A stretch of DNA of 50,976 nucleotides, taken from the IMG/VR virus record IMGVR_UViG_3300033149_003293, positions 1 to 50,976 of that record; one strand, given 5' to 3'. Within the stretch, counting starts at the first letter, position 1. Every line of letters starts with the position of its first letter. This DNA comes from a virus (taxonomy: Duplodnaviria > Caudoviricetes). The position numbers and the translations under genes are program-made. Below the pieces are notes generated by a model, which was not told where the DNA came from, did not search any database, and worked only from the letters and a program-made list of their open reading frames with translations. This document shows, piece after piece, positions 43,079-50,976 of this stretch.

Positions 43079-46000
43079 CACCACCCCCTGGCTTTAAGCT
43101 AAAAGAGCCACCCGTTAAACCACCCCCAGGGTTTAAGTTAAAAGGGGCAACTGCCCTTCCACCCCTAAAGGTGGAGGAAGCTGATCCACAGACTTTAGCA
43201 CGCATGGAGGCGGTAGAGGCTGAGGCAAGGCAAGCACAGATACCATCTGCAACCGATGTTATATGGCAAAACGTGGGTAGTCTAGTCTCTGAATTTACCA
43301 ACGAAGCATTATTGGGGATTCCTAAACAAGTGTATGAGGAAGGGTTTACACCGAGTAAGGTACATTGGACTCAAGACATCTCTGGTGGGGTCGGTAAATT
43401 TGCAGGATTTGCTTTAGGTGCACCAGTTAAATTGGGTAGCAAGGGGGCAAGGTTGGCACTCAAGGGATTGAAAATGCCCCTTCAAAAAATAGCTGGAAAA
43501 TTTGGGGGTAGAGTAGCAGGACAATTAGCAGAAAAAGCGATAGGGTTAGGTGTTGCTAGTGCTATTTCAGATGTTGCTGATATTAAGGGTATGCCTAAGA
43601 GGTTTCTTGGTGGTGCAGCACTTGGTTCAATTTTTGGTGTTACTGATTTAAGTGGACTGATAAAAACTTCTCCATTTATTGGACAGATGGTGCGACAAGT
43701 AGGTAGTAGAACACTTGCTGGACTGGGTAATATGTATAGTCCGGATATATATAAAAGGATAGCAACGGGGGATGTAGACCCACAGCTAGCTCAGGAAGTG
43801 TTTGATGAATTATTGTTTACGTGGTTCTCACGAAAGGGTACTAAACCTGACGAACTATTTAAAGACTTGCAGAAAATCAAGGTAGAGGTAGAGAAAAATA
43901 AGTACCCGTTAAAGGTATGGACTCCATACGATACACCTGAATATCGGGAAACCATGAAAAAGATACCCGCCCAATATGTGGTAACGGGTAGTGGGGAAAC
44001 TATACCTATTGAGTTATTTCACCAGCAACCTAAGATTAGTGACCTATTAAAGATTGCACCTAGCCTAAAAAAACCACCTGAATTAGAAGCACACAAACCT
44101 ACCATCCCAGAAAAACCAACACCACCCCAGCCAGGAAGCCTGGCCGAAACAAAGGCGTTCATTAAACAAGCCCGTTCTATTCAGAAAAGATACAAGGCTG
44201 GAGAGGACATCACAAAGCTGGCAGAGGAATCACGTGAGATACCCTCCGGTATTATGGATAAAATTGCACCCGATGTATCTTTAGAGCAGAAGCATCAAGC
44301 TATGTTGCGACGGGTAGGAACAGAGGAGCCTTATATACAAGAAGTACAGAAGGAAATAATAGAGCAGAACCGCAGGGCAAATCAGGAGAGGCTAGAAAAA
44401 GAGATAGCCCTTGAAGCTAAAACAAAAGTCGAAACAGAAACTGAATTACCCACTGAGGCAGAGCAGATAGCAGCCTACAAGAAGGCGGGTAAGATAGAGC
44501 AGCTAGAGCCTGGGATAGCTGAGGGTGCTGAAAGTCTCACAAAGCCTATGGGTGGTGGTGGTTTAGAAGCTAAGGGTATCGGTGAGTTAGCAAAAGAAGC
44601 TAGGGAGTCTAGGGGGAAACCTCGAGGTGCACCTAAGGTAAAATCAGAAGAAGATTTGCGGGCATTATATGGACACAAACCAACCCCCGAAAAGAAAGTG
44701 CGAACGGCAAAAATTATAAAAGAAGTTCCCGAAGATGTTGTTAGGGAGTTTAACCGTCAGGCACTTGAAGAAAAAATAATAGAAGCAGAAAAATTACCTG
44801 GCCCAGAAATAGAGTGGGTTGAATTTCATTCAGGTATTCATATCCCAAGGATGCTCAAGTCATTAGACAAGACACTTGAAAAACATTACGGTACGGTAGA
44901 GCCAGGGGTACACCGTCAGGCTGAAAGGGAAATAATCGAAGCAAAGAAAGAGGTTGATAAGCCTGAAAAACGACCTGTTTTTGGTAAACGGGTACTCACC
45001 ACGTTTGAGGGGTTCGGTAAGGCAGGTGAAAGGCTCAAAGACATGTCTCTAAACTATATCAAGAATCGTGCCCAGATGGAACAGCGTGGTATTTATGAAC
45101 TCTACCAGGCGTCCCGCATGGTAGCTAAAGATATTCCCACAAAGAATCCTTTTAAAAAAATCAAGATGGCAGGGGAGAGGTTATTTGATTTATTGGAACG
45201 TAAGGCTGAACCTGCAAGCGAAGGGGAAAAAGAAGCATTAAAAATACTTGATAAACAAATGGCAGACGTGGCAAGGATGGCACAGGAACTCGACCTTAAA
45301 ATACTTACCCCACTAGGTGAACGTGAGTGGAAGCCCATCAAAAACTATGCACCTGTCATATATGAGCCAAAGGGATTCCGGCAGTTCATGGAGTCACCAA
45401 AATTCAAGCATATGCGTGATAAATACGTTGATATGATAGCACGTAGAAATTGGCCGGAAATATTTGAGGAAAACCCTGAACGTGCACGAGAAGTAGCTCA
45501 AAATTATTTTGATGAGGTTAGGAAAGATTTAAAGACTAAGCCGTCTGGACACCTAGAACGTCCTCGTCTCCTTAATGAGTCAGCCCTGGAGAAGCTACGC
45601 CTTGAATGGGAGGCACAGCATCCTGATAAACCGTTTCCATTAAAGCGACAAAAAAGTTTAAAAGCATTATCACAATATATTATATCATCTTATGAACGCC
45701 TTGCATGGATAGAGCAATTTGGTAAAGACGTAGCTGCGGGTAAAGGGTGGTATATACCGGAAAAATTAAATGAGTTGCGTTCCGAGTTTAAGAGTGGGTA
45801 TTCAGAGCGCTATGTTATGGATTTCTTTGATAAATATTTACGTGATATGGCACCATTAGACACCAGGACTACACGCCTGCTGAAAGATATAAAAACACTT
45901 CAGCTTACAAAGTTAGCATTTGCGTTTATCCCGAATAGTGCTCAATGGCTTACTAATACCGTATCGATTGTTGATAGCAAGTCATCGGTTGGCGCACTGT

Positions 46001-47319
46001 GGGATACTATTAAATATGCTGGATTAGCGGGTAAGAAACTCAAGCAACAACAACGAGACTACTTCTCCAAGACTGGGGCATCTACATTTAAACATGCCTT
46101 CCAACAGGCGATGATGGAGAATCCTGCAAAGACAAGTATTTTTGCAGACATTACAATGAAACTACACCTGTTCTCAGGAACGGAGTTTTTTAATGCCCTA
46201 TTCTCAGCACAGGCTGGTGCTAGATATACCAGGCGAATATCAGAGAGGCTATACAAAGGCAGGGGTAAATCATGGCGTAGTCCATTCTATCGTGCGGAAC
46301 TAAAAAAGATGGGGTTATCTGAAAAAGATGTTGAGACTATTATCAAGGACGGCCCACTTACCGAAAAAGATGTTACCAAGCTGGCTGATGCCTCATTTCA
46401 CATGAGGCGATACACCCAGTTTTTATCCGACGCATTTCATCTTCCAAAAACATGGTCAACTAAAACCGGAAGGCTTTTTACTCAGTTTAAAAACTTTGCC
46501 TACAACCAAACAGCCCTTATCTACAGTGAGGGAATCAAAGAGGCTATTAAGTTCGTAAAATCGGCGGGTAGAGAAGGAAGTATAACCAAGCTCACCAAAA
46601 TGGCTATTACTATTCCGCTTGTCGGGGCGTTAATTACCAAGCTGAAAAAAGAATTGTATCCAAAGCTAGGTATTCATTTCTATGAGGAACTACTTGCTGG
46701 TAAATCACGTCCATTCAAGGTGATGATATATGCTATGAACGCAGGTGGATTAGGCATTGCCAGTGATATTATTATGTCTGCCGGATTTGGAAAGGCGGGA
46801 TTGATTGGACTACTTGGTGGGCCTACCGTCTCTGATTTTTCCGAGTTCTGGGAAGCATTATCTAAAACTGGTGATGAAATATGGACGGCCATTACAAAAA
46901 CCAATGCTAGATATTTGGGTAAACGAGCTAAGACTGTTGCCACTTACTGGCTGCGAGTAGCAGAAAGAATGTCTCCTGATGCACGCATAGCTATACAGAA
47001 TTTCTTCAAAGATTATCGTAACATCAAATCGGCAGCAAACTGGTCTAATCTAGTCAAGGATGCATACAGAGAATACAAGGAACTCTATAAACTCAAGAGT
47101 CCTGCTGTTGCTGATGATTTTTGGGATGCATTTATGAATACACAGGGCAAAGAGTATGAGGAAATTTTTAATAGAACCCCTAAAAAACCCACGCCTAAAG
47201 AAATAGATAGGTGGTGGGAGGAGATTGGAAAGCATCCATCAGAACGAATGACTATGCCTGGAACAAAAAAAGAAGGTAAAAAAGAAGGTAAGGAAGAAAT
47301 GGGAGAGTTTTGGTACTAG
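43060..47319 (+). CDS. Large internal virion (DNA ejection) protein
   Basis: 1419 aa, no Cys, PPPGFKLK x2, TQF...GRLFTQFKNF C-terminal domain. Confidence 0.75.
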   Translation: MDTNQVTPPPGFKLKEPPVKPPPGFKLKGATALPPLKVEEADPQTLARMEAVEAEARQAQIPSATDVIWQNVGSLVSEFTNEALLGIPKQVYEEGFTPSKVHWTQDISGGVGKFAGFALGAPVKLGSKGARLALKGLKMPLQKIAGKFGGRVAGQLAEKAIGLGVASAISDVADIKGMPKRFLGGAALGSIFGVTDLSGLIKTSPFIGQMVRQVGSRTLAGLGNMYSPDIYKRIATGDVDPQLAQEVFDELLFTWFSRKGTKPDELFKDLQKIKVEVEKNKYPLKVWTPYDTPEYRETMKKIPAQYVVTGSGETIPIELFHQQPKISDLLKIAPSLKKPPELEAHKPTIPEKPTPPQPGSLAETKAFIKQARSIQKRYKAGEDITKLAEESREIPSGIMDKIAPDVSLEQKHQAMLRRVGTEEPYIQEVQKEIIEQNRRANQERLEKEIALEAKTKVETETELPTEAEQIAAYKKAGKIEQLEPGIAEGAESLTKPMGGGGLEAKGIGELAKEARESRGKPRGAPKVKSEEDLRALYGHKPTPEKKVRTAKIIKEVPEDVVREFNRQALEEKIIEAEKLPGPEIEWVEFHSGIHIPRMLKSLDKTLEKHYGTVEPGVHRQAEREIIEAKKEVDKPEKRPVFGKRVLTTFEGFGKAGERLKDMSLNYIKNRAQMEQRGIYELYQASRMVAKDIPTKNPFKKIKMAGERLFDLLERKAEPASEGEKEALKILDKQMADVARMAQELDLKILTPLGEREWKPIKNYAPVIYEPKGFRQFMESPKFKHMRDKYVDMIARRNWPEIFEENPERAREVAQNYFDEVRKDLKTKPSGHLERPRLLNESALEKLRLEWEAQHPDKPFPLKRQKSLKALSQYIISSYERLAWIEQFGKDVAAGKGWYIPEKLNELRSEFKSGYSERYVMDFFDKYLRDMAPLDTRTTRLLKDIKTLQLTKLAFAFIPNSAQWLTNTVSIVDSKSSVGALWDTIKYAGLAGKKLKQQQRDYFSKTGASTFKHAFQQAMMENPAKTSIFADITMKLHLFSGTEFFNALFSAQAGARYTRRISERLYKGRGKSWRSPFYRAELKKMGLSEKDVETIIKDGPLTEKDVTKLADASFHMRRYTQFLSDAFHLPKTWSTKTGRLFTQFKNFAYNQTALIYSEGIKEAIKFVKSAGREGSITKLTKMAITIPLVGALITKLKKELYPKLGIHFYEELLAGKSRPFKVMIYAMNAGGLGIASDIIMSAGFGKAGLIGLLGGPTVSDFSEFWEALSKTGDEIWTAITKTNARYLGKRAKTVATYWLRVAERMSPDARIAIQNFFKDYRNIKSAANWSNLVKDAYREYKELYKLKSPAVADDFWDAFMNTQGKEYEEIFNRTPKKPTPKEIDRWWEEIGKHPSERMTMPGTKKEGKKEGKEEMGEFWY

Positions 47320-47320
47320 A

Positions 47321-47953
47321 ATGATAAAACTTAAATCAGAACACCTCAAGTATGTCCTACCCACTGCATTGGTTATATTACTAATCGTATTGGCTTTCAG
47401 GTCGTGTAGTTTTATCGACCGCTACTCTGTCCTTAAGGGACGGTACGAGGCTTTGGCAGAGGAGTACGACACTCAGAGGGATAATACTGAAGCACAAATA
47501 GCAAGTTTACGAAATATAATTGCACAAAAAGATGAAAAAATACGCAATATAACTTCACATATTGTTGAGCAAGAGGGGAAGATTTCCCAGTTACATGAAC
47601 AAACCAAGAAGTTAGAGGATACCTATGTTGTCCTGTTGGACAACGAGGCTAAGATTGACAACCTGGAAACCCAGGTTTCCACATGGAAACAAAAGTTTCA
47701 GATAGCCGAGGCTATTATATCTAATAAGGATGATATTATTTTCAATCTCACCGAGAAATATGAGGCACAGGTAAAGATAAGTCTTGAGTGGAGGGACATG
47801 TATAAGAACGAGTCTACCCTCCGCACCCTGGCAGAGAAGCGTCTTAGGCTTGCCGACAGGCGGATAGGCAGGCTGAAATTCGGGGGTACTATAAAGACTG
47901 GGTTGGTGGTAGGGCTTGCAGGTGTAGTTGTTTATGGACTCGTGAGAAAATGA
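47321..47953 (+). CDS. Spanin-like coiled-coil protein with hydrophobic segments at both ends
   Basis: N-terminal TM ending AFRSC, long coiled coil, C-terminal GLVVGLAGVVVYGLV. Confidence 0.55.
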   Translation: MIKLKSEHLKYVLPTALVILLIVLAFRSCSFIDRYSVLKGRYEALAEEYDTQRDNTEAQIASLRNIIAQKDEKIRNITSHIVEQEGKISQLHEQTKKLEDTYVVLLDNEAKIDNLETQVSTWKQKFQIAEAIISNKDDIIFNLTEKYEAQVKISLEWRDMYKNESTLRTLAEKRLRLADRRIGRLKFGGTIKTGLVVGLAGVVVYGLVRK

Positions 47954-48046
47954 AAAAGCTATGAAGAAGCTATGAAGAAACTAATGAAGAAACCATTTTT
48001 AGCTTTATTTGCAGTGCCATTTTTAGTATTACTTGTAGGGAAATGA
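47950..48046 (+). other. Chain of ATGA-overlapping minigenes (MKKL*, MKKL*, 24-aa peptide)
   Basis: ORFs 47950-47964, 47961-47975 and 47972-48046. Confidence 0.7.
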
Positions 48047-48456
48047 AAAGGCTATGTGGTATTATACTATTTTGTATGCTAACCACAACTCTACATGCGC
48101 CACAAGTTTTGTATGTTTCCGAGGGGAACCTGTTTGATGGTGAATTCAAGTCGACAGTTGAGTCTCTGTACGTCATATGCTTCGATGCCTACTTTTATAC
48201 GTTATCTACACATGAGGAGAACAGAATCAATATATCAGCATATTACCTCAAGACATTCCTCGAGGAAAGAGGACGTACCCTCAAGGATGTGGCAATAATG
48301 ATGCACAATCATTTCGGTATGCCGATGCTGTCTAACCCTGACAGAATATTTTTACTCAGGTTAAGAAACTACGGTTTTTGCGGTAGTTTTGGAATATATA
48401 TTACATCGACAGGGAAAATAGTATACGAGAAACCCTGGCTGAAAGGGATCAAATGA
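48043..48456 (+). CDS. Signal-peptide protein with a JAB/RadC-like metal motif
   Basis: MKRLCGIILFCML..LHA signal; ESLYVIC...MMHNHFGMPMLSNPD. Confidence 0.55.
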   Translation: MKRLCGIILFCMLTTTLHAPQVLYVSEGNLFDGEFKSTVESLYVICFDAYFYTLSTHEENRINISAYYLKTFLEERGRTLKDVAIMMHNHFGMPMLSNPDRIFLLRLRNYGFCGSFGIYITSTGKIVYEKPWLKGIK

Positions 48457-48605
48457 CTGTTAAAGAATTACATGCACTATTTGATAGGTTTGTTGAGAAT
48501 GATTTTAAACACCTGCGAGCGAAAGTGGACTGGCTGTTCTATACACTCATCGGCGGACTCTTGACGATTGTTGCGGGGCTTATAATACTGATAGTAAGGC
48601 AATGA
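48453..48605 (+). CDS. XhlA/holin-like membrane protein, 50 aa (not in ORF track)
   Basis: MTVKELHALFDRFVENDFKHLRAKVDWLFYTLIGGLLTIVAGLIILIVRQ; ATGA overlaps at both ends. Confidence 0.6.
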   Translation: MTVKELHALFDRFVENDFKHLRAKVDWLFYTLIGGLLTIVAGLIILIVRQ

Positions 48606-48919
48606 GTAAAGCAGCGAGTAGTGATAAGGCATACAAGGAAACGCTTGCAGAGTGGCGACGCAGGCATTTCAAAGAGATGGATATTAATCTCAAAATAAAC
48701 AAAGAGATACGTGACAATCCCGAGGAGAAAGCAAAGGACAGGATAGATGCCTCCAAGACCATCGCTCGTATGCTTGGCACACTCGCACCTGAGAAAATAG
48801 AGAAGAAAGAGGCGGAGAAAAAGAAAGAGTCCCCCTTCACAAAGGCGGAGGCTGACGAAATAAACGATAGATTCTCGAAGATTCTAGGCGATGAATGGAC
48901 AGGAAAGAACGAGAGCTAA
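48602..48919 (+). CDS. terS: Putative terminase small subunit
   Basis: Precedes and overlaps terL; KDRIDA.K.I..M.G motif. Confidence 0.65.
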   Translation: MSKAASSDKAYKETLAEWRRRHFKEMDINLKINKEIRDNPEEKAKDRIDASKTIARMLGTLAPEKIEKKEAEKKKESPFTKAEADEINDRFSKILGDEWTGKNES

Positions 48920-50457
48920 TCCGGCGGGTAGCGAAGAAGTCGCTCTACCATTTCGTAGAGCTGATAATCATGCACGCCATCCGCAACGATAAAGACCACC
49001 CTAGACTACCCCTCCAACCCTTCCACAAAGAAATCCTCGACTTCTGTCAGCGAACAGACCTCAAACGTAAAGGCATACTCATGCCTAGATATTTCCTCAA
49101 GTCTACTTGTATCACTTGCTCTATGCCTATCTGGTTGTGGATAAACAACCCAGAGATAAAGTCTATGATAGTGACAGAGACTCACAAGAAGGCAGAGGAT
49201 TCCCTGAATTTCATCAAGGGGCAGCTAGAGCGTAATGAACTACTCCGCTACATCTTCCCCGAGTGTGTGGTAGATGATGCGTGGAAACGTCAGCATAGAT
49301 GGAGTTCAATAGCCCTTGATCTACCCTCACGGGGTATCACTAAAGACCCATCTATTCAAGTGCTGGGTGTAGGCAACGCTGCTCAGGGTATTCACGTAGA
49401 CCACATCTTTCTCGATGACATCATAGGACAGAAGGATATGCTCTCACCTATCGAGGCACAGAATACCTGGACATGGTTCTCTAATGTAGAGGAACTTTTA
49501 ATTACCCCCGACCGCTCTAAAGCACATGGTTCCTACATCTATCTTATAGGAACTCACTATGCCCCAGAAGATTTGTATGACAGGGTACGTAAAACCAAAC
49601 TGGAGTACAGGTGGAAAAGGATACCTGCTGAGGATGAGTATGGTGATCCTACATGGCCGGAGAAGTTATCCCGTGAGGCCATAGATGAGATGAAGGCAGA
49701 CCCAGACCGTTCTATCGTGTACTACACGCAGATGCAGAATAACCCGATGGAGTCAGGGCTGACAGCTTTTAGGCCAGAGTGGAAAAGATTCTATCAACGC
49801 TCGGAGAATGAGGCTGGCGAGCCCGTGATACTGTGGGTTGACCACAACGAAAAACGGCATGTAGTGAGGGTGAAAGAACTGGACAAGTCTGGTACTATTG
49901 ACCCTGCTACCATATCGGCTTCAATGAAAAAGGCATGTCGTACCGCCGTTGTTATTGTCGGGGTACACACCAAGACTAATACCAAATTCGTACTGGAGGC
50001 ATGGGCTAAAAAGATACGCAAGCCATCTGATTTGTATGATAAAATATTCGAGTTTCATAAAAAGTACCGCCCGAGACGGTGGGGTATCGAGACATTCAGT
50101 CAGCAGAACTGGGCTAAAGCAATCATTACCAATGCTGCCAGAGAGGAGAATATCCCGATATACCTAAGAGACCTACCCAAAGACCAGGGGAAGGATGCAA
50201 AGACACGCAGGATAGAATCACTACAGGAGGATTTCGCTTGTGGACAGATATACATGGATGAGTCTCAGACACATTTGATTAGTGAGTACCATGCCTATCC
50301 CATGGGGACTACCGATGACCTACTCGACGCTCTTGGGTATCATAAATACTGGTGGAGGAATCGCAATCTTGATGAGATTGCAGAGACACAGAGTAGGCAG
50401 GAGTCACGATGGATTCTAGGACAGCAGGGTATCACAGGATATGGGGGAGGATACTAG
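48895..50457 (+). CDS. terL: Terminase large subunit
   Basis: PRYFLKST Walker A variant, IFLDD Walker B, IGTHY, QMQNNP, IDPA, DDLLDAL nuclease motifs. Confidence 0.95.
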   Translation: MDRKERELIRRVAKKSLYHFVELIIMHAIRNDKDHPRLPLQPFHKEILDFCQRTDLKRKGILMPRYFLKSTCITCSMPIWLWINNPEIKSMIVTETHKKAEDSLNFIKGQLERNELLRYIFPECVVDDAWKRQHRWSSIALDLPSRGITKDPSIQVLGVGNAAQGIHVDHIFLDDIIGQKDMLSPIEAQNTWTWFSNVEELLITPDRSKAHGSYIYLIGTHYAPEDLYDRVRKTKLEYRWKRIPAEDEYGDPTWPEKLSREAIDEMKADPDRSIVYYTQMQNNPMESGLTAFRPEWKRFYQRSENEAGEPVILWVDHNEKRHVVRVKELDKSGTIDPATISASMKKACRTAVVIVGVHTKTNTKFVLEAWAKKIRKPSDLYDKIFEFHKKYRPRRWGIETFSQQNWAKAIITNAAREENIPIYLRDLPKDQGKDAKTRRIESLQEDFACGQIYMDESQTHLISEYHAYPMGTTDDLLDALGYHKYWWRNRNLDEIAETQSRQESRWILGQQGITGYGGGY

Positions 50458-50460
50458 CCC

Positions 50461-50479
50461 TAAAGCCCCCTCTGGGGGC
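50461..50479 (-). terminator. Hairpin at the convergence of the two arms
   Basis: GCCCCC-TCT-GGGGGC; short T run on the minus strand. Confidence 0.55.
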
Positions 50480-50524
50480 GGTAGTAAAATTTCAAGCATT
50501 TAATCTACATCTTGTTATGCAACC

Positions 50525-50716
50525 TTAAATTATTTTATGTTTATAAAAAAATCTTTTTAAGTCTTCTCTTACAAAAAATAAAATTTTTGAGTTCTCCCCG
50601 AAATCATGTTCGATATACTTCTTTTTTAAAAAATCTAATACTCTATCTTGAAGTAATCCTCGTCCTAAAACCCAAGCAAAGGCAAACGTAATTACAATAC
50701 AAATTGCATAGTTCAT
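50525..50716 (-). CDS. Small membrane protein, last gene of the left arm
   Basis: N-terminal TM; GGAGG SD. Confidence 0.65.
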   Translation of the reverse strand: MNYAICIVITFAFAWVLGRGLLQDRVLDFLKKKYIEHDFGENSKILFFVREDLKRFFYKHKII

Positions 50717-50758
50717 TTATTTCCTCCAATTAGTTTGCATAATACTAATTATCCGACA

Positions 50759-50917
50759 CTATAATTCTTCCTTTTCTCCTTCAATATCAATATAAAAATA
50801 TTCTTCTGTTGGTTCTGAGGCTGTTTGTGCTTCTTTTATATACTGTATTCGCTTTATAATTCTTTTATACGTGTATCCCTTTCTTTTCATATCTTCATCA
50901 AATGTAATTTCACCCAC
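50759..50917 (-). CDS. Hypothetical protein, 52 aa, continuing the left-arm operon across the circular junction
   Basis: GTG start just after the stop of 57..395; MGEITFDEDMKRKG...EKEEL. Confidence 0.6.
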   Translation of the reverse strand: MGEITFDEDMKRKGYTYKRIIKRIQYIKEAQTASEPTEEYFYIDIEGEKEEL

Positions 50918-50976
50918 CTTACACCCCGCCCATTCGTTTAATATCAGCCAATAGTCCTACCTGCCCACCCTCTTTC
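50863..50976. repeat. Terminal direct repeat, right copy
   Basis: Identical to 1-114. Confidence 0.95.

Noticed and set aside
43060-47319. Virion RNA polymerase or lytic transglycosylase in the 1419-aa protein
   Set aside because: No DxDGD, T7-type polymerase or transglycosylase motif was recognised

Overview
The window is an apparently complete, circular ~50.86-kb tailed dsDNA bacteriophage genome; bases 1-114 recur exactly at 50863-50976. Two arms diverge from a repeat-rich control region at ~15.1-15.6 kb that carries near-consensus sigma70 promoters. The left arm (minus strand) holds small early genes, an SSB and Cas4-like exonuclease, a wHTH/P-loop helicase with phased repeats inside its own gene, a metallophosphoesterase/HAD/Nmad1/MazG nucleotide set and a clan-A glycoside-hydrolase-like protein. 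The right arm (plus strand) starts with a NADAR-like gene, a truncated ECF sigma factor and a glycosyltransferase. It then runs through a podovirus morphogenesis operon in T7-like order: portal, scaffold, cement, major capsid, decoration/fibre genes, a second glycosyltransferase, GroES, adaptor, a split nozzle, tailspike, M15 endolysin, GNAT, ejection proteins, lysis-type membrane genes, terS and terL. I found no integrase, DNA or RNA polymerase, primase, tRNA, CRISPR array or reverse transcriptase. The most unusual signals are a genome-wide over-represented motif (CGGCGRGTAG), intragenic iteron-like arrays, the split and domain-decorated nozzle, a candidate virion-glycosylation module, a leaderless NADAR-like gene, a sigma2-only protein and a chain of MKKL minigenes feeding a signal-peptide JAB protein. 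All family calls are from motif recognition by eye, without database searches.
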